Source: Malacoraja senta (taxonomy: Eukaryota). Taken from it: a stretch of DNA of 64,000 nt. The stretch lies in contig CM075982.1 of assembly GCA_038087875.1 (NCBI GenBank), positions 66,030,001-66,094,000 on the forward strand, written 5' to 3'. Shown here piece after piece: positions 49,333 to 63,272 of the stretch. How positions within the stretch are numbered: the first letter of the stretch is position 1; every line of letters starts with the position of its first letter. The notes beneath the pieces are model-generated. The model saw only the letters and a program-made list of their open reading frames with translations. It did not search any database and was not told where the DNA came from. Position numbers and translations under genes: made by a program.

Positions 49333-50911
49333 AATGTTTTTTAAATATTTATTAGCAACATCAAAATGATAATTTGTCAAGGAAATCAAAGCATTCTACA
49401 TCTGGATATAAACCATTTGTGAATGCATTTTATTCTTATGTCATCCCTTTTTGTAGTCTTGTCAACATTTGCTGGCTTCCCCCTTGGCAATGAATATGTG
49501 GTTCCAAGTCCATTTGTAACTATATGGATTGCATAGATGTTCAACACGGCATGGTGGCGCAGCGGTAGAGTTACTGCCTTACAGCGCCAGAGACCCTTGT
49601 TCGATCCCGACTAAGGGTGCTTGTCTGTACGGAGCTTGCACGTTCTCCCCGTACAATGCATGCGTTTTCTCCGGGATCTCCGGTTTCTTCCCACGCTCCA
49701 AAGACGTACAGGTTAATTCTCCTGGTATATTAAACTAATCTAATATTCAATAACATCATTCAAGCTCAAGATTCCAGCATCTAAAAGCACTAAAAACATT
49801 TGATAGGTATATGGATAGGATAGGTTTAGAGAGAGATGGGCCAAATGTTGGCAGGTGGGATTAGTGTAGATTGGGTATCTTGGCTGGCATGGAAAGTGGG
49901 GCTGAAGGGCCTGTTTCCATGCTGTATGCAGTTTGAATCTATTTGTGATTTGTGATTTCTTATGTCCTCATTAAAGGAGTAACTAACTGGTTAGCAATAT
50001 CAAAACTCATAAAACACAATTTCTATCATAAGCTATGCACTTGCTGAAGATAATGATAGACATCTTACATTTTTACAAACATTTGAGAGATATCATTTTT
50101 TTGTAATCTGTGGTTTAGTAATATTTTCCAAGGTTGCACTGATAGATGAAACATCTCAAGTGAATCTTGTTTCAAGATCATTCATGCAGTGTCTTTCACA
50201 AGTTAAATCTCAAATATCTTCACCATGCTTACTTGGTACTTGGAACACTATTCGTCAACATCTAACATCTTCCATAGCATCTCCCCTCTTGCACATGGCA
50301 ACTCACTTTGGAAGTTGTTCCCATTGATTCCAGTTGCGTTCGCATAACTCATCCAACAATTGGTCTTCCAACAATTGAAAAGGAGAAGGACTACTGAGAA
50401 CAAAAGGGAAGGATGGCACTGCAGCAGAGTTGTTGCCTTACAAGCGCCAGGTTCGATCCTGACTATGGGTGCTGTCCGTACGGAGATTGTACGTTCTCCC
50501 TGTGACCGTGTGGGTTTTCTCTGGGCGCTCCGGTTTCCTCCCACACTCCAAAGATGTTCAGGTTTGTAGGATAATTGGCTTAGGCTAAATTGTAATTTGT
50601 CCCTAGTGATACAACGCAGAAACAGACCCTTCAGCCCACCGAATCCTCAGAGAAACATTGATAATTCCTGGATTATCCCCTTGGAAATAAGAGTATTAGG
50701 CATAAAGAGAAGATAGACACAAAAAGCTGAAGTAACTCAGCGGGGCAGCATCTCTGGAGAGAAGGAAAAGGTAACGTTTCGGGTCGAGTCCCTTCTTCAG
50801 ATATAAAGAGAGGTTGAATAAAATTGGATAGTTTTCTGTGGAACTTTGAGGACCTGATATTAGTAGATAAAATTATGAGAGGCATAAATTGGGTTGACAG
50901 AGGGAACCTTA

Positions 50912-51232
50912 AGGGGCTGTCCCACTGCGGCAACCTAATTAGCGAGTTTAAAAGTGTTTAGGAGAGTTTGAAAAAGTGTCATGTTGAAGACCTCCTTTGA
51001 CTATGTAGAAGACCTCCTTCGACTATGTTGAAGACTAGCTTTGGGAAAATTGGACACCGAATAGTGGAGAGTGAAGGCGACCTCCTTCGATCTCCTTCGA
51101 CCTCCCTTCGACTATGTTGAAGTCTATCTACGACTACATTTGACTACCTTCGATTACCTTCGACTACCCTCGATTACCTACATGCCGACCTACTACAACC
51201 TACTTCAACTAAACCTACGAGTAAAAAAAATA
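50912..51232 (+). mobile_element. Harbinger-type MITE left part with (CGACTA/CCTTCGA) microrepeats
   Basis: TTA|AGGGGCTGTCCCACTGCGGCAACCTAAT, same family as 17244; inserted in a CR1 fragment; right TIR absent. Confidence 0.7.
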
Positions 51233-52129
51233 TCGCACATGTAGGGAATGGAGGGGTATGGATCATGTGCAGGCAGCTGAGATTAGTTCAGGGTGGTATC
51301 ATATTTTGCAAGGGCTTTGTGGGCTGAAGGGTCTGTTCCAGTACTATACTCTTCTATGTTCTATGATAAATTCGGAACCACCGTGACACAATGAGGTCAA
51401 ATATATATCCATTATACTCACAACAGAGCATTTTGGAAGGTACACAAAAATGCTGGAGAAACTCAGCGGGTGAGGCAGCATCTATGAAGCGAAGGAAATA
51501 GGCAACGTTTTGGGTCGAAACCCTTCTTCAGATTTTGGAAGGTATGATTGATTTTTCTTGCTTTACTGGAACAGGGCAGTTTCTTCCATTTATCAGTACA
51601 ACGATGGTATTGACTGCCAAAACCACCACCTTTCACTTTGTCCAGATTGTGTTTCAACTGAAACATTTAAAATAACGCCATAAAATTCACTTTGGTCAGG
51701 ATTGATTTATCCATGTGGATTGAAGCTTTCCAGCAAACTGACTGGTCAGGAAATTCAATGCCTAATGTCAGCAGGCGAACTAACTGCTAAGATAAATAGG
51801 ATATAAAAGTCTTATGGCAGCAGATTAACTGATGATTGAACAACAGTAACTGGAATAGCACTGTTGTGTCAGTCTACATAACTTCAATATGTTGCCAACG
51901 TGGATGTGAAAAACAAAGATGAATTTCTTCATGGAGCTGTAACAACCTTAGTTCACGTGTGACTCTGCACTTTGGCCTTCAGTTGCCTCAGCACGGATTT
52001 GAGCACATTGGAACAGCACTACTTTATGTCTTTTTCCAGCAGAATTTTGAAGAGAGTGATTTTCTGTGTACATTCCATGAACAATTCCACAAGCAATTCC
52101 AATATCTCATGTAGGAAAATGACATTTAA

Positions 52130-52475
52130 AGGCAGCGCAGTGGTTGAGTGGCTGCCTTACAGTGGCAGAGACCTGTGTTCGATCCTGACTATGGTGCAGT
52201 CTGCATGAAGTATGTACGTTCTCCCTGTCACCGCGTGGGTTTCCCAAAGACGTGCAGGTTGGTAGGTTAATTGGCTTCTGTAAATTGTCCCAAGTGTGTA
52301 GGATGCGAAACTGGGATAACATAAAACTAGTTTAGTTTTGTTTATTGTCATGCGTACAAAAAACTGAAGAGCTTTTGTAAGGGTGATTGTTGGTCGTCGC
52401 GGACTCGGTGGGCCGAAGAGCCTGTTTCTACGCTGTATCTCTAAACTGAAATAACTAAACTAAACTAAAACTAGA
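52130..52475 (+). mobile_element. V-type tRNA SINE (further copies ~49545-49715+, 50410-50610+, 53115-53428-, 54340-54648-, 57165-57390+, 59800-60390)
   Basis: Shared head, V-domain and tail motifs. Confidence 0.78.
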
Positions 52476-55299
52476 CACTAACCATCGACAGGGAATTCTT
52501 GACTTGTAACCTGCACTGAATTAACAGTGTATTTCTACAGCTTTGCCCACATAGATAAATTGCATGCATTGCTACTGGCTGCAAAACCACCTTTTGGATT
52601 TTGCAAGAATATGTTGCTTTGATAAAAATGTATGGAATCCAGGTATCATTTCCTTCTTTTACTTCAAAACATTTGGTTGATTATTGGCATTTATCCAGAA
52701 GACAGAAGGCCAATGTCAATTCCAAACATCTGGTTTGCAGCTGTTCTGATACACTCATTTGCTGGGCAAAACAAAATAAAAACAGAAATTTAAAGTGAAG
52801 ATTAAAAGATCTTTACAATAGGCAATGTTACAATGTAGGAATTGGATATGTTAAGGATTGCATGAGTGGCGTTTAGTTCAAAGATAGTGCATGGAAACAA
52901 GCCTCTGCGTCGCCTCAAAAGAACACTTTCAAATTGAAAAAATATAAAAGGTTTATGGGATGTGGAATAAGATAAATTAATATTTTAGAATTAGTTACTA
53001 AATATTAAAATATGCTTCAGAAGTTTATAAATTAGGTATAAAATTGTGCAAAAGGATCAATTGGTACAAAAGATCCCAATGAAACTGAAAAAAAGTGAAA
53101 AGTAATTAGATTTCAAATTTAGTTTTTAGTTTAGTTTTAGAGATACAGCATGGAAACAGGCCCTTCAACCCACCAAGTCCATGCCGACCATCAGTCACCC
53201 ATTCACACTGGGTGTTATCCCACTTTCACATCCACTCCCCGCACACTTGGGGCAATTTACAGAGGCCAATTAACCTACCAAACCGCACACCTTTGGGTTG
53301 TTGGAGGAAAATGGAGCACATGGAGAAAATCCACATGGTCACAGGGAGAACGTGCAAACTCCACACAGGCAGCATCAGAGGTCGGGATCGAACCCGGGTC
53401 TCTGTCGCTGTGAGGCAGCAGCTCTACCTTTCAGCAAGTGAGTGTAATTTTCAAATGGAGGGAGCAGATCGAAAGAGAAGAACAGACGGTCCACATTATC
53501 TACTCTTCTGCTTATCGCAGAGCAGCCTTGATCCTGCTGGAACACAGAGCAGGAGCAAGGGCTGAATGATCAACTGTGAGTTGGCCAAATTGCATCTAAA
53601 CAAGTCATTAGCCTGAACCAATATATTTTGACTAATTTCAGACCAACCCTCAAAGAAAACTCCAATGGAGCATGAAAAATAGATAGTTTCATTTAAAAAT
53701 ATTGCATTGTAGGTTATTCTTATTCATTCAATGTAGGTAAAGTGTCAAGGGCTAACTGAGCACCATAGAGTAATACAGCACGGAAACAGGCCCTGCGGCC
53801 CAACTTGCCCATGCCATGATGCCCCATCTTAGCTAGTCCCATTTGCCAGCGTTTGGCCCATATCCCTCTAAACCTTTCCTAAACCTGTATCTGTCCAAGG
53901 GTCTGTACATGTTGTTATAGTACTTGTCTCAATACCTCTTCAGGAAGCTCGTTCAATATGCATACCACCCTCTGAGTGAAAAAGTCGCCCCTCAGGTTTT
54001 TATTAAATCTTTCCTCTTTCACCTTAAACTCATGTCCTCTTGATTCTTGATTCCCCTATCCTGGGTAAAAGGCTCTGTGCACTCGCCCTATCTATTCCCC
54101 TCATAATTTTATATATCAGCCTCCTGCGTTCTAAGCAATAAAGTCCTAGTCTGCCCAGCCTTTCCCTATAGCATAAGTCCTTGAGCCGCCTAGCTTTATT
54201 GCCACTGTGCCTTTCCCATTATTTCACAGTCAAACGCTAGTTATTGAATGTCTTCTGTATTTCTCAAAGACCGCCACAATTTTTCAAAAACAATTGACAT
54301 CCATTTTTAATTATCAGCATCTACTTATATAAATGAGATCTTAGACTTTATAGATACAGCACGGATACAGGCTCTTTGGCCCATTGAATCCACGCTGAAC
54401 AGCAATCAGCAACCTGATGGTGTACACCAACTCCATCCTACACACAAGGGACAATTTTACAATTTTACCAAAGCCAATTAACCTTCAAACCTGCACGTCT
54501 TTGGAGTGTGGGAGCTAACCAGAGCACCCGGAGAAAACCATCGCAGGTCACGGGGAGAATGTACAAACTCCGTACAGACAGCACCCGTAGTCAGGATCGA
54601 ACCTGGGTCTCTGGCGCTGTAAGGCAGCAACTCTACTACTGCGCCACCCCTTCTACTGGTGCACACTTGCCATCTGTCCAAATCTGTTCCCGAAGCTACA
54701 ATATTGTGCGAAAACTAATTAAATGCAAAGTGCACAGTTTAAATTGAATTTGCCTCCAACTTGCCAACAACAACTTGGGTTTAAATTTATTTCAATATCC
54801 AAAATTCTGGGCCATGTTTTCCAGAACAGAGGAAGCAAGATGAATTGCCACGCTGTTTCCAGTGCATAATCAAAGAAGCCGGAATTCGTGGCAGAAAACT
54901 GAACAGAAGCCATTGCCACTAACTTTCCGCCATTCAACCAATTTTCACCAATTCACTTATGCACGTTGGCTCCACCTACAATCGAACCGCTGATCCTGAG
55001 CCTTCTTTAAATATTTGGTGCACCACTGGTGCTGTAACTCAAAACGTATTGCTTTCACATTTGAGATACTCTTGTAATCTTAGGTAACAGATTTATTAAC
55101 TGTGCTGCTGTCAGGATCAACAAAGTAGAAAGAGTTTTAAGAATCTGACGCGCAATTTCAAACACTTGCCCCGGTGTTTTTGTTGCAACAACTTTGCCAA
55201 CGCACCTGGATGTGTTTCTCATGGCTATTGAAAAGATCAGGCCGGTGGCAGCTATTCATAAAGCCACCTGCACTCAAGCTCAGTGTAAAAGGCAAAACA

Positions 55300-55600
55300 T
55301 CCTTATTACTATAAAACTCTGATCTTGGATCTGGATGTTTGTGTATTTATTTGTTTGTGTGCGATCACATCTACTCGAAGAAACGACGCGCTAACGGGAA
55401 ATCTTTTACATATTCCGGTAGAGATTTACTCCATGGAGTCAAAAAAACGCTTACCTGAAATATTCGAGCTTTATTTCTTGAGAAAATGTTCACAAAATGT
55501 TTGAAAATAAACTAAATGGGCACCTCACAATGGCTCTGCTCGCGCTATATTCCACTCGCTGCGAGTGACTTCATCCTCCGACCCCTCTAACCCCCTCCCT
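55300..55600 (+). mobile_element. Putative Helitron 5' fragment related to 6126
   Basis: A|TCCTTATTACTATAAAACTCTGATCTTG...AAACGACGCGCTAACG...TTTTACATATTCC parallels 6126-6240. Confidence 0.45.
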
Positions 55601-58600
55601 CCCTAGTGTGTGTAGGATAGTGCGAATGTATGGGGTGATCGCTGGTTGGCGCGGACTCCGGTGGGCCGAAGGGCCTGCTTCCGCTCTGTATCTCTAAAGT
55701 CTAAAGTAAACTAAAAAGCACACATTCTACGTTAACTTATTATTCCAGCACTCTTAATTGTTCATTACCTGAAAAATACTGTTGGACAATCATTTCTTCG
55801 TATTAAAAAAAATTGTATCATAAATCAATGAATGCTTCGAAGGCTTTCATTAAAATAATAATAGTAGTGCTTTCATTAAAATAATAGAGAATGCAATGTT
55901 ATACAACTACATTAAATCACCATAGAGAGGTATACAGCTGGGAAACAGGCCCTTTAGCCCCACTTGTCTACACTGACCAAGTTGCCCTATCCATGCTAAC
56001 CCCACCTGCTTGCTTTTGCCCCATATCCTTCTAACCCTGTAGGAAGGAACTGCGGATGCTGGTTTAAACCAAAAAGCTGGAGTAACTCAACGGGTCTTAC
56101 AGGATTTCTGGAGAAAAGGAATAGTTGACGTTTCAGGTCGAGACCCTTCTTCAGACCAGAAACATCACCTATTCCCTTTTCTCCAGAGATGATAACTGAC
56201 CCGCTGATGATAACTACTCCATCTTCCTTCTAAACCTCTCCTGTTTATCTATTAAAATTGCCAGCTGTATTTTCCAGTCAACAAATAATAGTTGCAATGC
56301 ATACAAGCAGGTTTGGGTATTGGTAAAATTAATGCGTATACATGGTTATGTTTATTTTGGAGCGGTTTTATATAGTTCTCAAAAATGATATCTTGATGAT
56401 GTCACGCACATAGAAACATGGAGCATTGAAGCTTGGGAGCTGGAGCAGTTCATTTATTCCTTCGGGCTAGCTCTGCTATTTAGTATAGTCATGGGCAATC
56501 ATCCAGCTTAGAATCATAAATTCCTGCTCTTTTCCCATAGCCCTTTCATGCTTTTTGTTTTGATGAGTTGTGAACGGTGTGCTTTGTAAAATAATGCTTT
56601 TCTTGGTTCACATTAAAAGGGATTTCCCATCACCCCATAAAAAATGTTGACATACAATTTGATGACTACCCTCCAGGGTAATGTATCAGTGTTGTGCTCC
56701 GAAGCTCTGCTTGGTACATTCAATAAGTTGTTAAATATGACCTCTAAGTTCCTGGCATGAGGTTCTGCCATGAGAAGACTTGGAAACTGGAAAACTTTGA
56801 TCTGTGAGTCGGTAATACATGCAAGCTGAACTAAATGACTAGGATTTATTTTCACCAATTCGGGTGATTTTTAGTAAGTGATTAGAATACATCACAGACA
56901 TGTTGAAGAAAGAGCCAGGGTAAGTTTTAAAAACGTCAATTAAAACTGACAGTTAAAAGAGCACATATGAAAACAATATTAAAGGTTAAATTGACCTCAA
57001 GTAAATGTTTATTTAATAAACATTAAATAGTTTGAATTGTACCAAAGATCATTGATTTTTTTTTAATTAAACGAAATGGAAAATTTAAAAGCAGATCAAA
57101 TTATATATTCAGAAGATATAAAGTACTGTAGAATTGATAAACATTACTGTTACATTAGGGTTCAATAGAATTGCTGTGTGGGATTTGCACATTCTCCCTG
57201 TGACCACGTGGGTTTCCTCCAGGTGCTCCGGTTTCCTCCCACAACACAAACACAAACACACATCATGTGAGCTTGTAGGTTAATTGACTGCTGCAAGAGT
57301 GAGATAACATAGAACCAGTGAACGGGTGATCGATTGTCGATGGTGTCTCAGTGGGCTGAAGGGCCTGTTTCCAAACTGTATCTTTCAATCAAAGAGGATA
57401 CCAATACCTAAAAGTGAATATGTGCAGGGGTCTTCATCAGTCAGAGTATTGGCTATAGAAGTTGGGATGTTATGTTACAGTTGTATAAGACGTTGGTGAG
57501 GCCATATTGTTCAGTGTTACACACCCTGCTGTAGCAAGGGTATCATTAAACCCGAAATAATACAAGGATGTTGCCACAATTTGATGACTTGAGCTACAGG
57601 GAGAGGTTGGACAGGCCAGGACATTATTCCTTGGAGCGTAGTGGGCTGAAAGGTGATCTTGTAGAGGTGTATAAAATCATGAGGGGAAGAGGTATGGTGA
57701 ATGTATAACATCTTTTACACAGGAAGGGGAATCAAGAACCTGAGGACATAGATTTAATGAGAACCTAAAGGACAACCTTTTCACTCAGAGTATGGTATGC
57801 ATATGGAATGAGTTGCCAGAGGAGATAGTCGAAGCAGATACAACAACAGTACTCAAAAGACTCTTGGGCAGGTACATGGATAGGAAAGGTTTCGAGGGAC
57901 CAAATGTGGGCAAATGGTATTAGCTTAGATGGGGTATCTTGGTTGGCATGGACAAGTTGGGCCAAAGAGCCTGTTTGCGTGCTCTATGACTATAGTTCTA
58001 ACACCACAAACAAAATGTTCCTTGGGCCACTGATCAAAGCTGTCAGTTCTCAATTTCTTGATTTTGATATTTCACCTTGCAGCATCCTTTCAAGTTTCAG
58101 CCGGCCTCAAAAACCTTGGAAAAATATTGAAATTTGGGGATAATCTGCAATTACTCTTAGGAATAAAGGCACACAGTGCTGGAGTAACCAAGCAGATCAG
58201 GCAGCATCCCTAGAGAACATGGATCGGGTGATGTTTCAGGTCTTCAGTCTGGAGAAAGGTCTTGAGTCTGAAGAAAAAGGACCCAAAATGTCACCTATCC
58301 ATGTTCTCCAGGGATGCTGCTTGACCTTTCAACACTTTGTGTCTTTTTCTGTTAACCAGCATCTGCAGTTCCTTCCATCTAAAATTACCGTTAGTGTTCT
58401 CTCAATCTCAAGCACCATTAAAGGATTATGCTCACACTCCAATTGAAAACTTTCTTTGGCTGTGGTACAGAACCAGATAATGAAATCATAGTCATAACAA
58501 TGACTATTTTAAATTGTCATTGTGTTTTTAAATTGATTTTGTAGTCGTTCCAACGTTCTGTACGAGGAGGTTATAGTTACCATAATTTGATGATTCATTG

Positions 58601-58819
58601 TTATTTAAATGTCATGGGAGTTATACCACTTTAGCTAACTACAATAGTTCAATTCACATGCTGGACTGCCGAGGTTAGCAAGTTCTATTCTCCAAAGAAG
58701 TTTTGTGAGCTACCTGATTGTTTTTGGCCCAAACCGTTCAGAATACATCAACTTCAATTGAATAAATTGTCAAGTTGCAATTTTGATTCAGGTTGTATGT
58801 TGGGTTTAATCCAATACTA

Positions 58820-59237
58820 TGTAATGTAATGCTGAGGCTCTATAAGGCGCTGGTCAGGCCGCATTTGGAATATTGTGAGCAAATTTGGGCACCATATCTG
58901 AGGAAGGATGTGCTTGGCTCTGGAGAGGGCCCAGAGGAGGTTTACAAGAATGATCGCAGGAATCAGTAGGTTAACATATGATGAGCGTTTGACGGCGCTG
59001 GGCCCATACTCGCTGGAGTCGAGAAGAATGTTTCATTGAAACATACAGAATAGTAAAAGGCTTGGATAGAGTGGATGTGGAGAGGATGTTTTCACTAGGG
59101 GGAGAGTCTAGGACGAGAGATCATAGCCTCAGAATTAAAGGACGTTATTTTAGGAAGGAGATGAGGAGGAATTTCTTTGGTCAGATTGTGGTGAATCTGT
59201 GGCATTCTTTGCCCTAGAAGGCTGTGGAGGCCAAGTA
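58820..59237 (+). mobile_element. Decayed CR1 fragment (others at ~33963-34320+, 45620-46158-, 53765-54185-, 57425-57990+, 61535-61898-)
   Basis: [24 protein letters not shown]...ESRTRDHSLRIKG with stops and frameshifts. Confidence 0.8.
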
Positions 59238-60584
59238 ACTTATGATCTTATGATAACCACGACATCTGCATTCAATGGCAGGATAACAATAACTGTGCTA
59301 TGGTCAACAACTAAAACGGATTCTAATATTAATCTGTGACTAACTTGTGTTGTGAAGAAAAGTAATGGGTAGGTGGTACTGTTTTCAGACAGATTAAGTT
59401 GTTAAGTGACGCAGTTAAGAACATTACTACTTTGCCCAAAAGGTCTTTATTTTTGCTAGGTTAGGGGAATCAAGAACTGGAGGTAATAGATTTAAGGGGA
59501 GAGGGGAAAGATTTAATATGAACGTGAAGGGTCAACTTTCTCACACAGAGGGTGGTGGGTATATGGAATGAGCTGTCAGAGGAAGTAAATTAGGCAGATA
59601 TAGTAACATCATTTAAAAGACATTTGGACAAGTGCAATGATAGGAAAGGTTTAGAGGGATGTGGGCCAAATGTGGGCAAATGAGACTGCTTAGATGGGGC
59701 ATCTTGGTTGTCATTGACAAGTTGAGCTGAAGGGCCTGTTTCCATGCTATATGACTGTGACCATATAATCTTGAGAGGCATGAAAGAAATTGTTGAGAGA
59801 TGGTTAATTTAGTGAACATGGAAACAGGCCCTTCGGCCCACCGAGTCTGCACCGAACAGCAATCCCCTGTACAGTAGTTTCATCATACACACTAGGTATA
59901 ATCTAGTCAATTAACCTACAAACCTACACATCATAGAGCCATAGAATCATGGAGTCATCAAGCTTGGAAACAGGGCCTTCAGCCCAATGCCAACGCGGCC
60001 AACATGTCCCATGTACACTAGTCCCATCTGCCTGCATTTGGCCCATATCACTCTAAACCTATCCTATCCATGTATCTGTCCAAACGTTAAATATTGTGAT
60101 AGTACCTGCCTCAACTACCTCCTCCAGCACCTCGTCTAATTTACCTACCACCGTTTGTATAAAAAAGTTGTCCCTCAGGTTCCTATTAAATCTTCCCCTC
60201 GCCCCCCCCCCCCCCCCTTCACCTTGAACCTATGTCTTTGGAATGTGGGAGGAAACCGGAGCACCTGACATTGCTACCTTATAGCGCCAGAGACCCAGCT
60301 TTGATCCTGACAATGGGTGCTGACTGTATGGAGTTTGGATCTTCTCCCTGTGACCATGTAGGTTTTCCCCGGGTGCTCCGGTTTTCTATTCAGGCTGAGT
60401 TCTTTGTGGCACCTAATCACATTAGTAGGTGATTCATCCTCTCTGCTGTTTGTAAGACTTTTCTAACTGGAAATTGACCTGACCCCTGAACAACTTTATT
60501 TTTAAGTGTTTTAGATCGGTGTCACAATCATTGGAAAATAATAAAATGCAACCTAAGTTCAAATTCTTGCTTTGATCTCGGTAA

Positions 60585-61000
60585 TTTAAGTCAAGTCAAG
60601 AGAGTTTATTGTCATGTGTCCCAGATAGGACAATGAAATTCTTGCTTACTGCAGCATAACAGAATATGTAAACATAATACAGAACAGGAGATAAAAATTC
60701 AGTGACCATATATATACACAATATATAAACAGATAAAGTGCAATGGGCTGTTATTGTTCAGAGTTTGTTTGATGTCATGTTTAATAGCCTGATGGCTGTG
60801 GGGAAGCAGCTGTTCCTGAACCTGGATGTTCCAGATTTCAAGCTCCTGTACCTTCTTCCCGATGGCAACGGAGAGATGAGTGCGTGGCCAGGATGGTGTG
60901 GGTCTTTGATGATGTTGGCAGCCTTTTTGAGGCAGCGACTGTGATAGATCCCTTTGATGGTGGGGAGGTCAGAGCCGATGATGGACTGGGCAGTGGTCAC
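60585..61000 (-). mobile_element. Rex1/Babar LINE 3' fragment
   Basis: ORF 60758-61000: LPTIKGIYHSRCLKKAANIIKDPHHPGHALISPLPSGRRYRSL...RFRNSCFP; (CTTGA)n tail. Confidence 0.85.
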
Positions 61001-62994
61001 AAGTTATGGCTTTTTCTTCTAGAGAAAATAGGAATTAATCACAAATTAAGACTTTCAGATTTGGCATTAAAATAGCACAGATTAAGAAACAATGAATGAA
61101 AATTGATTTTGTATTAAATGACACAGGCTATGGATTACTTACAATTGACTGCTAAATGTGTTCGAAGTTAAGTACAAAGAATGTATTAAACATTTTTATC
61201 ACCATACAATGTAATGTAATACAACATGTTAAATACTTCCAGAATCCCCTCAAAAGTGAATTTATTATGCTTTTCAAGATTTAAGATGTCGAAGCATTTT
61301 ATAACTAATAAATTATTTTTCAAAGTGATCTTGGGAGTAATAGAGTGATACGGCATCGAAACAGGCCCTTCTGCCCAACTTACCCACACCGGCCAACATA
61401 TCCCAGCTACACTAGTCCCACCTGCCCATGTTTGGTCCATATCCCTCCAAATCTGCACTATCCATGTGCCTGTCTAACTGTTTCTTAAAGGTTGGGATAG
61501 TCCCTGTCTCATAACAGGCACATTAAAGTCACAAGGTCATAAGTAATAGGAGCAAAATTAGGCCATTCGGCCCATCAAGTCTACTCCACCATTCAATCCT
61601 GGTTGATCTATCTCTCCCTCCTAACCCCGTTCCCCTGCCTTATCCCCATAACCCCTGACACCCGCACTAATCAAGAATCTGTCCATCTCTGCCTTAAAAA
61701 TATCCATTGACTTGGCTTCCACAGCCTTCTGTGGCAATGAATTCCACAGATTCACCACCCTCTGACTAAAGAAATTCCTCCTCATCTCCTACCTAAAGGA
61801 ACGCCCTTTAATTCTGAGGCTATGACCTCTAGTCCTAGACTCTCCCACGAGTGGAAACATCCTCTCCACATACACTCTATCCAAGCCCTTCACTATTCGA
61901 AGGAAAGAATTATTTGTGCAGCAAATGTGTAAAGGGTTAACTAGGGGTTGTCCTTTGAGGAAGTTGGTCTTATATTCATTGGAGTTTGGATCAACGAGAA
62001 ATAATCTCATTGAGACATAAAGATCATGTGAGGATTTGATAGTATAGATGACAATGTATCTCCTCTCCAGATGAACTGGAAACACATCTTCAGAAAGAGG
62101 AGTTGCCCAGTGAAGACAATAATGAGAAGAACCTCTTCTCTCTGACGATTGTCCCTCTTTGGAATTCTTTACCAAGAGAGATCGGGAGCTTGAGTCAGAG
62201 AACACATTAAATCTGGAGATAGACACAAAAAGCTGGAGTAACTCAGCGGGTCAGGCAGCATCTATGAAGAAAAGGAATTGGTGACGTTTTGGGTCGAGAT
62301 CCTTCTTCAGACTCAAGAGTCAGGGGAAAGGGAAAGGAGAGATATAGAAAGTACATAAGACAATTGAATGAAAAATGTGCAAAGAACAACGGTGATGAAG
62401 GAAAGTGAAGCCCACAATGGTCCATTGTTGGCTGTGGGTTAGGTGATAACCAGTTATACAGACAGTAAAACTCAACAGGACTACAGTGAAACTATTACAA
62501 CGACTAGGGTTGGGGAAGGACGGAGAGAGAGGGGATGGAAGGGTTACTTGAAGTTAGAGAAATCCATTTTTCTTTGTTAATATTTAAATATTTAAAACAT
62601 CTATTTAGTTTGGCAACAAGCTGCGGGTTTGTTGTCTGCGGGCTTGATTTAAGAGAGAGTTATTAGATTTGGCTCTTTGGGCCAAGGGATTAAAGGGATA
62701 TGGGGAGAAAGCAGGAACGGGGTACTGATTTTGGATGAGCTGCCATGATCATATTGAATGGGGGTGCTAGCTCGAAGGGCCGAATGGCCGACTCCTGCAC
62801 CTACCGTCTATGTTTCTAAATACTTATGTCTGCATGAAAGACGCAACGATCGATTTGCAATCAGATGCGATTCGTGAATGACGTTGCCAGGCAGAGTGAT
62901 GTGTTATGATCTGACACCTTGTGCACCGGTAACCGCGCAACTTTCCACTTGGGTCTTTAACTGTTATTCAATAACAAATTGGACCACATGTTAG

Positions 62995-63100
62995 CGAGTG
63001 TCAGAATGTCAGTGGCTATCTGGAATGCGGACAAACCTGGTTCTGTTCCAGGGCTGTCTGGGTCTGCCTGTGATTAACGTCACTCCTCACTATATATACA
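62995..63100 (+). promoter_or_regulatory. Core promoter: TEAD-like sites (AGAATGT 63003, TGGAATGC 63021), CRE-like TAACGTCA (63075), TATA box (63091)
   Basis: Motifs read directly in repeat-free, relatively CpG-rich sequence, about 110 nt upstream of a Kozak ATG. Confidence 0.6.
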
Positions 63101-63209
63101 GCGTCTTCCCCGGGCTCGTTAGAAGCTGCGAACTTTAAAAAACCCACTGCAGCTTTGCTAAAGACTCCGCGCTTTACTGCCTCGCACCGACAGGGCAGAA
63201 CGAAGCACC

Positions 63210-63272
63210 ATGTGGAATCTCGGGGTTAATAGCGCGTTAGCCTTATACATTATCCTCTGCAATGCATGCAAG
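63210..63272 (+). CDS. First coding exon of a secreted protein (signal peptide MWNLGVNSALALYIILCNACK); probably CCN family (CCN1-like or CCN5)
   Basis: GCACC-ATG Kozak; 21 codons with a hydrophobic core; phase-0 AAG|GTGAGA donor. Size and phase match CCN exon 1. Downstream exons were not found in the window. Confidence 0.6.

Noticed and set aside
50980-51215. Short regularly repeated units that could suggest a CRISPR-like array (also 44614-44750)
   Set aside because: Degenerate tandem microrepeats inside a MITE or Helitron, no unique spacers, eukaryotic context.
51950-52106. Minus-strand frame IVHGMYTENH resembling the ENPP motif IVTGLYPESH
   Set aside because: Flanking TxTFPNH and GIxxN residues are absent and there is no good splice acceptor; likely chance.
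55603-55606. CTAG|T as the 3' end of the Helitron-like piece at 55300
   Set aside because: It belongs to the SINE motif 'tccctagtgtgt..aggatag' and lacks the adjacent terminal hairpin.
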